Shown here: one piece after another, positions 1-9,976 of the stretch
Position numbering within the stretch: the stretch's first letter is position 1
How the letters are laid out: every line of letters starts with the position of its first letter
Assembly: GCA_037442565.1 (NCBI GenBank)
Contig: JBBIQA010000001.1
Span: 15,331-79,330 of the forward strand
Reading direction: 5' to 3'
Length of the DNA stretch: 64,000 nucleotides
Source: Rhodospirillales bacterium
Lineage (GTDB): Bacteria > Pseudomonadota > Alphaproteobacteria > Acetobacterales > Acetobacteraceae
Position numbers and translations under genes: made by a program
The notes under the pieces: model-generated
The model's input: only the letters and a program-made list of their open reading frames with translations
Told to the model about the DNA's origin: nothing
Databases searched by the model: none

Positions 1-59
1 CGCCGGTTGTTCAAACGCCGGTCCGCAAGCTCGCCGCGGCGGAGTAGGACCAGCCCCGC

Positions 60-842
60 TCAGCCTCGCTGCGGCGCGGCCGGCGTCGTGAACGGCTGGG
101 TGGGCGGCGCGTTCGACGGCGCGGCGGGCGCGCCCGGCTGGAACGGCTGGGTCGGCTGAGCCGGCTGTGGGGGCGTCAGGCTCGCGCGGCATTGGTTGAA
201 GGCGTTGATGACGTTGGAAGTACCGGCCAATCCACCGTTCCAGGCCGGCTCGTTGCCGCTCGGAAACAGCAGCCGCAGCGTGCGCCCATTGCGCAATGCC
301 CGCATGAACAGGACGGATCGCTCCATCGGCAGGCGGACAATCAGCGTCCGTCCCATGCCGGTGGCCCGCTCCGCCGTGGCGGCGCGGCCATCGAACTGGA
401 ACTGCACGTCCACCGGCGTGTTTTCCGGGATCGCCCAACTGTCCTTGCTGATCTGGATCTCCAGGCCGTCCTCGCCGGCATATTGCTGGACCGCGATGCG
501 CCGCCCCTCCCCGCCCGCGGTGGCGATGCCGCAGAGGCGGCGCTGGTCGTCACCGCCGCTATAGGCCGACCACAGGCCGGAGCGAAGGATCTCCGTCGGC
601 TGCGGCACGGCGGGGTTCTCCGCCGGTTGCGCGGCCTGGCTGCCCGACGGCTGCGCCTTGGGGATTTCCAACGGCTGCGCCTTGGGGATCTCCAACGGCT
701 GCGCCTTGGGTACCTCCAACGGCTGCGCCTTGGGTACCTCCAACGGCTGCGCCTGGGCGGATGGCGCCGTCAGCGAAGCCGTGGCCAGGATGATCGCTGC
801 GGCCAGCATCGGTTTGAAGCCTTGACGACGAAGCGACTGCAC
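60..842 (-). CDS. Secreted hypothetical protein with tandem PLE(V/I)PKAQ octapeptide repeats
   Basis: N-terminal signal-like segment (RRQGFKPMLAAAIILATASLTAPSAQA), then four copies of PLEVPKAQ, then a globular C-terminal part. GTG start at 842; alternative ATG at 809. No family recognised. Confidence 0.6.
   Translation of the reverse strand: MQSLRRQGFKPMLAAAIILATASLTAPSAQAQPLEVPKAQPLEVPKAQPLEIPKAQPLEIPKAQPSGSQAAQPAENPAVPQPTEILRSGLWSAYSGGDDQRRLCGIATAGGEGRRIAVQQYAGEDGLEIQISKDSWAIPENTPVDVQFQFDGRAATAERATGMGRTLIVRLPMERSVLFMRALRNGRTLRLLFPSGNEPAWNGGLAGTSNVINAFNQCRASLTPPQPAQPTQPFQPGAPAAPSNAPPTQPFTTPAAPQRG
649..758. repeat. 24-bp in-frame tandem repeat, four full copies plus a partial one
   Basis: Unit ggctgcgccttggggatttccaac at 649-672, 673-696, 697-720 and 721-744, with 1-3 substitutions between copies. 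A partial fifth copy follows. Confidence 0.9.
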
Positions 843-851
843 GGTCCTGGT

Positions 852-1139
852 TCAATACTGATAGGGGCCGGAGCGCTGCGGCGCCGCATGATAAGCGGAC
901 TGGGCCGGTGCATGCGGCGTGGTCAGGGCGCCGCCCGCCGCACCGACCGCGCCGCCGATCAGCGCGCCGGTGAGCGCCCCGCTGCCGCCACCGGCCAAGC
1001 CCCCCAAAGCCGCGCCGGCGCCGGCGCCGATCGCGGCACCGCCCAGCGCCCGCTGGCCCGGATCGTTCGGATTGGTGCAGCCCGCCAGGATACCGGCAAC
1101 GGCGGCAACGATAAGCACGGTCGTGATGCGTGAACGCAT
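852..1139 (-). CDS. Small glycine-zipper lipoprotein (17-kDa surface-antigen-like)
   Basis: MRSRITTVLIVAAVAGILAGC lipobox, followed by a GxxxG-rich glycine-zipper stretch (GGAAIGAGAGAALGGLAGGGSGALTGALIGGAVGAAGG). The longer 185-aa ORF was trimmed to the internal ATG at 1139. Confidence 0.65.
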   Translation of the reverse strand: MRSRITTVLIVAAVAGILAGCTNPNDPGQRALGGAAIGAGAGAALGGLAGGGSGALTGALIGGAVGAAGGALTTPHAPAQSAYHAAPQRSGPYQY

Positions 1140-1204
1140 GGCAACCTCATTGTCCCAGATTAAAGGTCGATCGAAAGCGCAGGGCGGTTGAAGGCAGCGC
1201 CCGA

Positions 1205-1516
1205 TCAGTGCAGCGGAATGTTCACCCCGATCGATAGGCCTGGCGTGGCAGGCGCATACACCATGGGAGGAGCCGCATAGACCATCGGTGGGGCATAAAC
1301 GACCGGTGGCGCCGCATAGACGACCGGTGGGCGCATATAAACAACCGGCGGCGGATAATAGACCGGCGGCCCAACCACCACGCCGCCATAGAAGCCACCC
1401 CGGCCCCATCCTCCCTCATGGCCGCCCCAATGACGGCCATCTGCAAGTGCAGAGCCAGAAATCATCGTCAAAATAACTGGGATCGAGATATTTTTCCAAG
1501 TATATCGGATGTTCAT
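1205..1516 (-). CDS. Small secreted Pro/Val/Tyr-rich repeat protein
   Basis: Signal peptide (ISIPVILTMISGSALA), a Gly-rich stretch, then repeated PPVVY/PPMVY units. No family recognised, and coding status is less certain because of low complexity. Confidence 0.5.
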   Translation of the reverse strand: MNIRYTWKNISIPVILTMISGSALADGRHWGGHEGGWGRGGFYGGVVVGPPVYYPPPVVYMRPPVVYAAPPVVYAPPMVYAAPPMVYAPATPGLSIGVNIPLH

Positions 1517-1739
1517 GGGCCAACCTCATTTCGATTTCAGCAAACAGCCCGGAATCCGGTCTGGCTGAGCGCAAAGATGTGGCAACCAACTGTGGCAAAA
1601 TATAGTCCGATGTCGCTCCGAAGGACTGATATCACGCGTTTATGAACTTGGAGCATACGCCGCATCCAGAATCCGCGCCACGCCAGACAGCCCGATACGG
1701 CCGGCGGCGCCTGGCCCAAGCGCCGCCACGGCGCGAACC

Positions 1740-2525
1740 TCAGTCGTCCGACACCACCGAACCCGCGGTGGTGCCGCCGTCGATCACGATGGTCTGGCCG
1801 GTGGTGAAGCTGCCGGCATCGGAAGCCAGGAACACGGCGCAGCCGGCGATCTCGTCGGGCTCGCCGATGCGCTGCAATGGGGTGTCATGGGTTCGTTTCG
1901 CGTAGAGCTCGGGATTCTCCCACAGCGCACGGGCGAAATCGGTGCGCACCAGGCCGGGCGCGATGCAGTTCGCGCGGATCTTGTGCGGCCCCCATTCGAC
2001 GCAGAGGTTACGCGCCAACTGCATGTCCGCCGCCTTGGAGATACCATACACGCCCAGCTTGGCCGATCCGCGCAGCCCGCCGATCGACGAGATGATGATG
2101 ATCGAGCCGCCCTGCCCGCGCTCGGCCATCTGCGGCGCGACCATATTGGTCAGCCAGAAATTGCTGCGGACATTGGCCCCCATGGTGCGGTCGTACGCCT
2201 CGTCGGGGCAGCCGGCGGCGGGGCCGTAATACGGGTTCAGCGCCGCGTTGCAGACCAGGACGTCGATCCGGCCCCAGAGCTTGTTGGTCTCGTCCACCAG
2301 ATTCTGCAGTTCCTCCTTGCGGCTGATATGGCAGGGGATCACCGCGGCCGTGCCGCCCTTGGCCCGGATGCCCTCGGCCACCGCCTCGCAGGCGTCCCGC
2401 TTGCGGCTGGAGATGACCACCTTGGCGCCATGCTCGGCCAGGCGTTCGGCGATCGCGCGGCCGATGCCCTTGGACGAACCGGTGACGACGGCAACCTTGC
2501 CGGTGAGATCAAACAACGAAGCCAT
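1740..2525 (-). CDS. Short-chain dehydrogenase/reductase (SDR) family oxidoreductase
   Basis: TGSSKGIGRAI cofactor-binding motif, NAAL motif and YGISKAA catalytic Y-x3-K. Start trimmed to the ATG at 2525 (MASLFDLTGKVAVVTG). Confidence 0.9.
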   Translation of the reverse strand: MASLFDLTGKVAVVTGSSKGIGRAIAERLAEHGAKVVISSRKRDACEAVAEGIRAKGGTAAVIPCHISRKEELQNLVDETNKLWGRIDVLVCNAALNPYYGPAAGCPDEAYDRTMGANVRSNFWLTNMVAPQMAERGQGGSIIIISSIGGLRGSAKLGVYGISKAADMQLARNLCVEWGPHKIRANCIAPGLVRTDFARALWENPELYAKRTHDTPLQRIGEPDEIAGCAVFLASDAGSFTTGQTIVIDGGTTAGSVVSDD

Positions 2526-2627
2526 GGGACGTTTCTCCGATAGGGGCGACTGCTTGCCGCGATTTCCTACTCGTGAGTATGCTCCGGCCCGAGGGAACGT
2601 CAAATACAACGTCAATCAAGGGTCGAC

Positions 2628-4784
2628 ATGAAAAATTCGCTGAGAGCCAACTACCGCCATGCCGACCTGACGCGTCTGCTCAATCCGGCATCCATCGCGG
2701 TCATCGGCGCCTCCCAGCGGGCCGGATCGTTCGGCGAACGGGTGCTGCACAATCTGCAGAACTACAGCGGGCGGTTCTATCCGGTGAATGCTCGTTATGA
2801 AACCATCGGCGACAGGAAATGCTACGCCTCGGTGACGGACCTGCCGGAGAAGGTGGACTGCGCGGTGATCTGCGCGGCGCGCGAGGCGGTGGAAGACATC
2901 GTTCGCGAATGCGCGGCGGCCGGCGTCGGCGGGGCGATCATCTTCGCGTCCGGCTATTCGGAAACCAGCAAGGACGACCGCATCGCCCAGCAGGAAACGC
3001 TGCAGGCCATCGCGCGGGAAAGCGGCCTTCGCATCGTTGGGCCGAACTGCATCGGCGTGGTCAACACCACCTCGGACGCGCGCATCACCTTCATGGACCT
3101 GGCGCCGAAGATCGAGCCCGGGCCGCGCTCGATCGGCATCATCAGCCAGTCCGGCGCGCTGGGCATGGCGTTGGCCCAGTCCACCTCGCGCGGCATCGCC
3201 GTCAGCCACGTCCTCACCTCCGGCAATTCCTGCGACGTGGACATGGCCGACTACGTGAACTTCCTGGCCGAGGAGCCCGATTGCGCGGCCATCGCGCTGG
3301 TGTTCGAGGGGATGGCCGAGCCGCAGCGCCTGCTGCGCGCCTGCGAGACCGCATGGAAGGCCAACAAGCCGCTGATCATCTTCAAGATGGCGTCCGGCGA
3401 GCAGGGCGCGACCGCTGCCATGTCGCACACCGGCTCCCTCGCCGGCTCGCATGCCGCCTACAAGGCCGCCTTCAGGCGCGCCGGCGCGATCGTGGTGGAT
3501 GATTACGAGCACCTGCTGGAAACCGCCGCCTTCCTGGCCAAGTCGCCGGCGCCGCAGGCCAAGGGCGTGGCCGTGGTTGCCACATCCGGCGGCGCCGCCA
3601 TCATGGCCGCAGACCGGGCCGAGCAGCATAGCGTCGATCTGCCGCAGCCCAGCGACGATGTGCGCGCCATTCTTGAACAGCACGTCCCCGAGTTCGGCGC
3701 GGTCCGCAATCCCTGCGACGTGACGGCCCAGGTGCTGTCCAACCCGGCCTCGCTCGCCGCCTGCGCCAACGCGCTGCTCGGCTCGCCGGACTACGCGGCG
3801 CTGATCGTGCCGCATCCGTACTCCTACCTGCCGACGCTCGGGCGCATCGCCGTGTTCGACGAACTGGCCGGCAACAACGGCAAGCCGATCTGCATGGGCT
3901 GGCTCAGCGAATGGATGGGCGGCCCGGGCATGAAGGAGATCGAGAGCTCGCGCAACGTGTCGCTGTTCCGTTCCATGAACAACCTGTTCGCCACCATGGA
4001 TGCCTGGATGTGGCGCGAGGAAAAGCGCCAGGCGCCGGTGGCACCGGCACGGCGGTTCTCTCCCGAAAGCGCCAGGGCGCAGGCGGCGAAGCTCATCGCC
4101 GGCGCGGCCAACGCCACGCTGACCGAGCGCGAGGCGAAGGAGGTGCTGGCGCTGTACGGCGTGCCGGTGGTGGGCGAGAAGCTGGTGCAGAGCGCCGACG
4201 AGGCCGTGGCCGCGGCGGAAGCGCTGGGTCTGCCGGTGGTGATGAAGGTGGAAAGCCCGGATCTGCCGCACAAGACCGAAGCCGGGGTGATCCGGCTGAA
4301 CCTGAAAACCGCCGCCGACGTGCGCGAGGCCTATCAGGCGGTGATGGCCAACGCCAACAAGGTCAGCCCGCCGCCGCGCATAAACGGCGTGCTGGTGCAG
4401 CCGATGGTGCCGCAGGGGGTGGAGATGGTGGTCGGCGCGCGCGTCGATCCGCTGTTCGGCCCGCTGGTGGTGGTCGGCCTTGGCGGCATCCTGGTGGAAT
4501 TGATGAAGGACACCACGCTGCTGCCGGCCCCGGTCAGCCAAGCCGAGGCGCTGGAGATGCTGCGTTCCCTGAAAGGCGTGAAACTGCTGGAAGGCTTCCG
4601 CGGCATGCCGGCGACCGACCTGAACCGCTTCGCCGAGATCATCTGCCGCGTCTCGGAATTCGCCGACGACCAGCGCGAGGGGATCGCCGAACTCGACATC
4701 AACCCGCTGATCTGCGCCGGCGAGCGCATCACCGCGGTCGATGCGCTGATCATCCGGGCGGGAGGGCCGGCCCCTTCCCATTAG
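2628..4784 (+). CDS. ADP-forming acyl-CoA synthetase (acetate--CoA ligase family; CoA-binding + ATP-grasp fusion)
   Basis: N-terminal CoA-binding fold (IAVIGASQRAGSFG), a succinyl-CoA-synthetase-like middle region and a C-terminal ATP-grasp domain (LTEREAKEVLALYGVPV...VVMKV). Confidence 0.9.
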   Translation: MKNSLRANYRHADLTRLLNPASIAVIGASQRAGSFGERVLHNLQNYSGRFYPVNARYETIGDRKCYASVTDLPEKVDCAVICAAREAVEDIVRECAAAGVGGAIIFASGYSETSKDDRIAQQETLQAIARESGLRIVGPNCIGVVNTTSDARITFMDLAPKIEPGPRSIGIISQSGALGMALAQSTSRGIAVSHVLTSGNSCDVDMADYVNFLAEEPDCAAIALVFEGMAEPQRLLRACETAWKANKPLIIFKMASGEQGATAAMSHTGSLAGSHAAYKAAFRRAGAIVVDDYEHLLETAAFLAKSPAPQAKGVAVVATSGGAAIMAADRAEQHSVDLPQPSDDVRAILEQHVPEFGAVRNPCDVTAQVLSNPASLAACANALLGSPDYAALIVPHPYSYLPTLGRIAVFDELAGNNGKPICMGWLSEWMGGPGMKEIESSRNVSLFRSMNNLFATMDAWMWREEKRQAPVAPARRFSPESARAQAAKLIAGAANATLTEREAKEVLALYGVPVVGEKLVQSADEAVAAAEALGLPVVMKVESPDLPHKTEAGVIRLNLKTAADVREAYQAVMANANKVSPPPRINGVLVQPMVPQGVEMVVGARVDPLFGPLVVVGLGGILVELMKDTTLLPAPVSQAEALEMLRSLKGVKLLEGFRGMPATDLNRFAEIICRVSEFADDQREGIAELDINPLICAGERITAVDALIIRAGGPAPSH

Positions 4785-6483
4785 CCAACCCCCGCCCGGC
4801 CAATCCGCGGACCGCGTCTTCCACCGACAGGAAGACGTGGTCTCTGCCAAGCGCGGCGATCAGGCCGGTTCGCTCCGCCTGCGCTTCCGCCCGCTCGGCC
4901 GACAGCCGGGCCACGGCCACCGCCACGTCGCGCGCATGGAATTCCTTCAGCGCCTCGATGGCGACCTGCGCGCCGGTATAGTCGATGTTGGTGACGCCGC
5001 TGGCATCGATCACCACCAGGCGCAGCCCGGGTTTCGCGGCCGCCAGCGCGCTCAACTGGCGAAAGACGAAGCGGGCGTTGGTAAAGTTGATCGGCGCGGC
5101 GGGCGCAAAGACCAGCACGCCGGGCTCGTGTTCTCCGTGCTGGCCGGCCTCCGGCGGCCACCAGATGGTGGTTCCGGGCGCGCGTGCCAGTTCCGCCGTC
5201 AAGGGCCGCGCCATCAGATAAAGGCTGTGCAGCAGCGAGAGCACGATCGCCAGCAGCATGCCGCTTTCGATCGGCAACAGCACCACCAGCAGCGCCGCCG
5301 CGGCCACCAGCGCGAATTCCCAGCTGGACTGACGCAGGATCTGGCGGATCTCGGCCAGGCGGAAGATCCGCACCGCGATCATCAGCAGAACGCCGGCCAG
5401 CGCCGCCTGCGGCACGAAGGCCAGCAGCGACCCGCCGAACACCACCAGCGCCGTGATCGCCGCCACCGCGCAAAGCCCGGCAAAACCGGACCGGCCGCCC
5501 GCCTCGGCCACGATGGCGGTGCGCGGCGGACTGGCATCGACCGGAAACGCGCCGAGCAGACCGGCCAGTACGCAGCCCATGCCGACACCCATGAAGCTGG
5601 GGCTGACATGCTCATCCCTGCCGGCTTCGCGCGACGGGAAGGCCCGCACCACGGCTGCGGTCTGCATCATGCAGACCATGGCGACGATGAATGCCAGCGG
5701 AACCAGCCGGGCGAAATCCCGCACGCCCTCGAGTCCGGGGATCACCGGCCACGGCACGCCGGCATGCACCGCGCCGAGAACGGCGACACCCCTGCCCTGC
5801 AGGCCCAGCAGCGCCACCGCCAAGGCGGCCACCACCACGGCGAGAAGCGCACCTGGGAACCGCGGTAGGATACGCTCGGCCAGCAGGGTGGCCGCGCATA
5901 CCCCGAAGCCGATCAGCGTCTCCGCCGGCTTCGCCTCCGGGATGTGCGCCCGGATCGCCTGCAGCTGCGTCAGGATGCTCCCCGTCCCGGGCGGCAGGCC
6001 CAGCAGGGTCGGAAGTTGATGCACCGCGATATGGACGGCGATTCCGGCCAGGAAGCCGCAGGTGACCGGCACCGACAGCAGGTCCGCCACCCAGCCGGCC
6101 TGCAAAGCGCCGGCCATGAGCAGAACCAGCCCCACCATCAGCGACAGCATCACCGCCAGCTCGCCATACGGCAGGCCGCTGGCGGAAGCGGCCACGGCAA
6201 GGCCGCCCGCGAAGATCGGCGCGATGGTGGAATCCGCCCCTACCGACAGGAAGCGGTTGGTGCCGAAGACCGCGTAGCCCACCACGCCGCCGGCGAAGGC
6301 CAGCAGCCCGGTTTCCGCCGGCAGACCCGCCAGCCGCGCGGTCGCAAGTTGTTCCGGCAGCGCGATCGCCGCCAGCACCAGCCCCGCCGGCAGATCGTGC
6401 CCCGGCCACCCAGCCGGCAGGTCGCGCAGGGTGGCGGCCAGCCGGGGAATTCTGTCATATAATTGCAACATGACCCGATTCAT
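4750..6483 (-). CDS. SulP family inorganic anion permease with C-terminal STAS domain
   Basis: Many transmembrane segments, a SulP-like core, and a C-terminal STAS-like region (LVVIDASGVTNIDYTGAQVAIEALKEF). Its 3' end overlaps the convergent gene by 35 nt. Confidence 0.88.
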   Translation of the reverse strand: MNRVMLQLYDRIPRLAATLRDLPAGWPGHDLPAGLVLAAIALPEQLATARLAGLPAETGLLAFAGGVVGYAVFGTNRFLSVGADSTIAPIFAGGLAVAASASGLPYGELAVMLSLMVGLVLLMAGALQAGWVADLLSVPVTCGFLAGIAVHIAVHQLPTLLGLPPGTGSILTQLQAIRAHIPEAKPAETLIGFGVCAATLLAERILPRFPGALLAVVVAALAVALLGLQGRGVAVLGAVHAGVPWPVIPGLEGVRDFARLVPLAFIVAMVCMMQTAAVVRAFPSREAGRDEHVSPSFMGVGMGCVLAGLLGAFPVDASPPRTAIVAEAGGRSGFAGLCAVAAITALVVFGGSLLAFVPQAALAGVLLMIAVRIFRLAEIRQILRQSSWEFALVAAAALLVVLLPIESGMLLAIVLSLLHSLYLMARPLTAELARAPGTTIWWPPEAGQHGEHEPGVLVFAPAAPINFTNARFVFRQLSALAAAKPGLRLVVIDASGVTNIDYTGAQVAIEALKEFHARDVAVAVARLSAERAEAQAERTGLIAALGRDHVFLSVEDAVRGLAGRGLANGKGPALPPG

Positions 6484-6621
6484 AAAGGAAAATGGACCCC
6501 GCTGGTATCACGCGGCGATGAGCCCGACTTCGAGCGGCGAAGCTCGCGGCCACCGATTTGCCGCGCGCTGCCGTACCGGCTAGGGTTTTCCGACGGCGAC
6601 GAGCAACCCGGGAGGTTCGAC

Positions 6622-7419
6622 ATGAGCGCTGCACTCCAGACATCTGAGCCTGTGCTGCTTCGCCGCGACACGGACCATGTTGCCCATCTCACGCTGAACC
6701 GCCCGACCGCGCGCAACGCGCTGTCGGTCGCGCTGATGAGCGCCCTGGAAGACGCCCTGGCCGAGATCGCGCAGGACGGCGCCGTTCACGTGGTGGTCAT
6801 CGGCGGCGCCGGGCCGGCGTTCTGCGCCGGGCACGATCTGCGCGAAATCCGCAGCAAGCCGGAACGCGAGGTGATGGCCGAACTGTTCACCCAGTGCTCG
6901 CGGCTGATGCAGCAGATCGTGCATCTGCCAAAGCCGGTGATCGCCCGGGTGCACGGGGTCGCCACCGCCGCCGGCTGCCAGCTGGTCGCCAGCTGCGACC
7001 TCGCGGTCGCCGCCGACACGTCCCGCTTCGCCACGCCGGGGGTGAATATCGGCCTGTTCTGCTCCACCCCGATGGTGGCGCTGACCCGCGCCGTCAGCCG
7101 CAAGGCGGCCATGGAGATGCTGCTGACCGGCGACCTGATCGACGCCCCCCGCGCCCGCGAACTCGGCTTGATCAACCGGGTGGTTCCGGAAGCGGAACTC
7201 GACGCCGCGGTTGCCGCGCTGGCCACCCAGATCGCCGGCAAAAGCCCCCTCACCCTGGCGATCGGCAAGGAGGCGTTCTACCGCCAGGCCGACATGGACC
7301 TGGCGGCCGCCTACGCCCTGGCGTCGGAGACCATGACCCGCAACATGATGGCCCGCGACGCGGCGGAAGGGATCGACGCGTTCCTAGGCAAGCGGCACCC
7401 GCACTGGACAGGCACATAG
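6622..7419 (+). CDS. Enoyl-CoA hydratase/isomerase (crotonase) family protein
   Basis: Crotonase fold motifs (VVVIGGAGPAFCAGHDL, ARVHGVATAAGCQLV). GGAGG Shine-Dalgarno at 6611-6615, ahead of the ATG at 6622. Confidence 0.9.
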   Translation: MSAALQTSEPVLLRRDTDHVAHLTLNRPTARNALSVALMSALEDALAEIAQDGAVHVVVIGGAGPAFCAGHDLREIRSKPEREVMAELFTQCSRLMQQIVHLPKPVIARVHGVATAAGCQLVASCDLAVAADTSRFATPGVNIGLFCSTPMVALTRAVSRKAAMEMLLTGDLIDAPRARELGLINRVVPEAELDAAVAALATQIAGKSPLTLAIGKEAFYRQADMDLAAAYALASETMTRNMMARDAAEGIDAFLGKRHPHWTGT

Positions 7420-7470
7420 CAGGCGCCGACGGCGCCCGCTTCGGCCTTGATTCGCGGGCGGGGATCCGCG

Positions 7471-7947
7471 CTACTTCTTCTCAAACGATTGCGCCAACGC
7501 CTTCACCAGATCGGCCCGCGCGACGATGCCGACCAGCTTGCCGTCCTTGACCACCGGCACGCGCTTGAAATGGTGCTCCGACATCATTCTGGCGATGTCG
7601 CGGGCCGGCGTGCTTTCCTCGACCGTGATCACGTCGGTATGCATGGCGGCGCGCACGACCGCATGGACCGAGCGGATCTGTTCGATGAATTCCGGCGCCA
7701 GGTCGAAGCCCTCGGCCAGCATGTTCAGCCACCAGGCCTGCTTGGGGCTGAGTTCCTCGGTCCAGCGGACCAGATCGCCCTCGCTGACGATCCCGACCAC
7801 GCGGTTGGCGTCATCGACCACGGGCAGGCCGCTGATGCGAGCCTTCACCATCCGGAGTGCCGCTTCCCGCAGGCCGGTCTCGGGGTGCACGGTGATCACC
7901 TCGCGCGTCATCAGATCGGCGGCGGTCAGGGCGGAATTCTCAAGCAT
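7471..7947 (-). CDS. CBS domain pair protein
   Basis: Two CBS modules are visible (AADLMTREVITV...GLPVVDDANRVVGIVSEGDL and MHTDVITV...RVPVVKDGKLVGIVARADL). Confidence 0.85.
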   Translation of the reverse strand: MLENSALTAADLMTREVITVHPETGLREAALRMVKARISGLPVVDDANRVVGIVSEGDLVRWTEELSPKQAWWLNMLAEGFDLAPEFIEQIRSVHAVVRAAMHTDVITVEESTPARDIARMMSEHHFKRVPVVKDGKLVGIVARADLVKALAQSFEKK

Positions 7948-8009
7948 GGTGGCTCCTTTGGAATAATCGTACGCCTACCGCGGCAACATGCCACCGGCAT
8001 TGCGCTGGA

Positions 8010-9839
8010 TCAAACCGCCTCCCCTTCCGGCACCCGGCGTGGGCGGGGGATTTCGTCGCCGGTCAGGGTCTCGTGCGCCAGCAGCGCGGCTGCCCCGGCA
8101 TCCAGTTCGGCCCGGTTTTGCCGCAGGATGGCGATGGCGCGCGACAGCGCCGATTCCAGCCGGGTGCGCACGGCCTGGTCGATCTCGCGGGAGGTTTCCT
8201 CGCTGAACCGGCGCGGGCGCCAGAAGGCGCCTTGCTCCCCCAGGAACTGCCCCTGGTCGGTGTCCCAGGCCACCGGGCCGAGCTTCTCGTCCATCCCGAA
8301 GCGCAGCACCATGCCGCGGGCGATGTCGGTGGCCTTCGCCAGGTCGTCGGACGCGCCCGTCGAGATGTCCTCGCCCAGCAGCGTCTCGGCCGCCCGGCCG
8401 CCCAGCAGCACGGTCATCTTGTTCTCCAACTCCCGCCGGCCCATCAGGAAGCGGTCGTCGGTCGGGCGCTGCATGGTGTAGCCGAGGGCGGCAATGCCGC
8501 GCGGGATGATGGAGATCTTCTGCACCGGATCGGAGCCGGGCAGCGCCAGGGCGATCAGCGCGTGGCCCATTTCGTGATACGCCACGATCTGCCGCTCACG
8601 CGGGATCAGCACGCGGGAGCGCTTTTCCAGGCCGGCGACGATCCGTTCCACCGCCGCGGTGAAATCCGCCATCTCGATCGACCCGGCGCCGCGCCGCGTC
8701 GCCACCACCGCCGCCTCGTTGGCGAGGTTGGCCAGATCCGCGCCGGTGAAGCCGGGGGTCAGGCCGGCGATCTCCTCCAGCGAGACATCCGCGCCCAAGG
8801 TCAGCTTCTTCAGGTGGATGCGCAGGATATCCACCCGGCCCTTCTTGTCGGGACGATCGACCAGCACCTGCCGGTCGAACCGTCCCGCCCGCAGCAGCGC
8901 CGGATCGAGGATCTCCGGGCGGTTGGTGGCAGCCAGGATGACGATGGCGACGGAGCGGTCGAACCCGTCCATCTCCGCCAGCAGCTGGTTCAGCGTCTGC
9001 TCCTTCTCGTCATGCCCGCCGAGCGCATTGGCGCCGCGGGCGCGGCCCAGCGCGTCCAGCTCGTCGATGAAGATGATGCAGGGCGCGGAATTGCGCGCCT
9101 GCTCGAACAGGTCGCGCACGCGCGACGCGCCGACGCCGACGAACATCTCGACGAACTCCGCACCGTTGGTGGCGAAGAACGGCACGCCCGCCTGCCCGGC
9201 GACGGCGCGGGCCAGCAGCGTCTTGCCGGTGCCGGGCGGACCGACCAGCAGAATGCCGCGCGGGATATGCGCGCCGAGGCGGCCGAACTCCTCCGGCCGC
9301 TTCAGGAAGTCGACGATTTCGTGCAACTCGTCCTTCGCCTCGTCCACGCCCGCGACGTCGTCGAACGTCACGGTCACGTCGGTCTCGGCGATCAACTTGG
9401 CCTTGGAACGGCCGATCGACAGCAGCCCGCCCCCGAGTCCGCCGCCGAAGCCACCACCGGCGCCGCCCCCCATCATGCGGGCCGCGAATATCCACACGCC
9501 GACAAACAGCAAAGGCGGCAGCACCCAGGACAGGATCCGGCCCAGCGCCGTGTCGGTCGGAACGGCGGAATACTCCACGCCGTGCTTGGACAGTTCCGTC
9601 GCCAGGTTGCCCTCGACCTTCACCGTGGAGAAGGCGGTCTGGCCGCTCGGCAACTTCTCGCTCAGCTCCCCGCGGACGGTCTCGCCGACGATGGTCACCT
9701 TGGTGACCTTGCCCTCGGCCAGGTATTTCTGGAACTCGCTGTAGGGGATCGTCTGCACGCCGGGCGTGCCGGAAAACATCGAGACAAGGGACATCACGAT
9801 CAGGCCGGCCAGCAGCGGCCAGAGCGGAAAGTTGAACAT
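8010..9839 (-). CDS. ftsH: ATP-dependent zinc metalloprotease FtsH
   Basis: Two N-terminal TM helices, Walker [17 protein letters not shown], Walker [10 protein letters not shown], second region of homology [20 protein letters not shown], and zinc motif HEMGHAL. Start trimmed to the ATG at 9839 (MFNFPLW). Confidence 0.93.
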   Translation of the reverse strand: MFNFPLWPLLAGLIVMSLVSMFSGTPGVQTIPYSEFQKYLAEGKVTKVTIVGETVRGELSEKLPSGQTAFSTVKVEGNLATELSKHGVEYSAVPTDTALGRILSWVLPPLLFVGVWIFAARMMGGGAGGGFGGGLGGGLLSIGRSKAKLIAETDVTVTFDDVAGVDEAKDELHEIVDFLKRPEEFGRLGAHIPRGILLVGPPGTGKTLLARAVAGQAGVPFFATNGAEFVEMFVGVGASRVRDLFEQARNSAPCIIFIDELDALGRARGANALGGHDEKEQTLNQLLAEMDGFDRSVAIVILAATNRPEILDPALLRAGRFDRQVLVDRPDKKGRVDILRIHLKKLTLGADVSLEEIAGLTPGFTGADLANLANEAAVVATRRGAGSIEMADFTAAVERIVAGLEKRSRVLIPRERQIVAYHEMGHALIALALPGSDPVQKISIIPRGIAALGYTMQRPTDDRFLMGRRELENKMTVLLGGRAAETLLGEDISTGASDDLAKATDIARGMVLRFGMDEKLGPVAWDTDQGQFLGEQGAFWRPRRFSEETSREIDQAVRTRLESALSRAIAILRQNRAELDAGAAALLAHETLTGDEIPRPRRVPEGEAV

Positions 9840-9976
9840 CTGTTTCTTGGGCGGGGCCAATGTCGATCTCCGATGACGCCCCCCGATGACGCCGGGACGG
9901 CGCGACTTGTTGCATCCTAGCACGGATGGCGGAACCAGCCCGCCGGCATCCGTTCATCCCCATCAGCACACCAAGG

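Noticed and set aside
649-758. CRISPR array (considered for this and the other tandem repeats in the window)
   Set aside because: The repeats are contiguous with no spacers, have only 2-4 copies, lie in-frame within a CDS or at gene ends, and no cas genes are present.
4750-4784. 35-nt convergent overlap of the acyl-CoA synthetase and SulP 3' ends as a regulatory feature
   Set aside because: It is probably just tolerated overlap of non-conserved C-terminal tails. No structure or repeat is visible, so nothing supports a function.
2616-4850. 744-aa ORF on the - strand covering the whole acyl-CoA synthetase gene
   Set aside because: It is antisense to a gene with clear domain motifs. Its translation is Arg/Gly/His/Asp-rich low complexity with no motifs. 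This is the typical stop-codon-poor shadow frame of GC-rich DNA.
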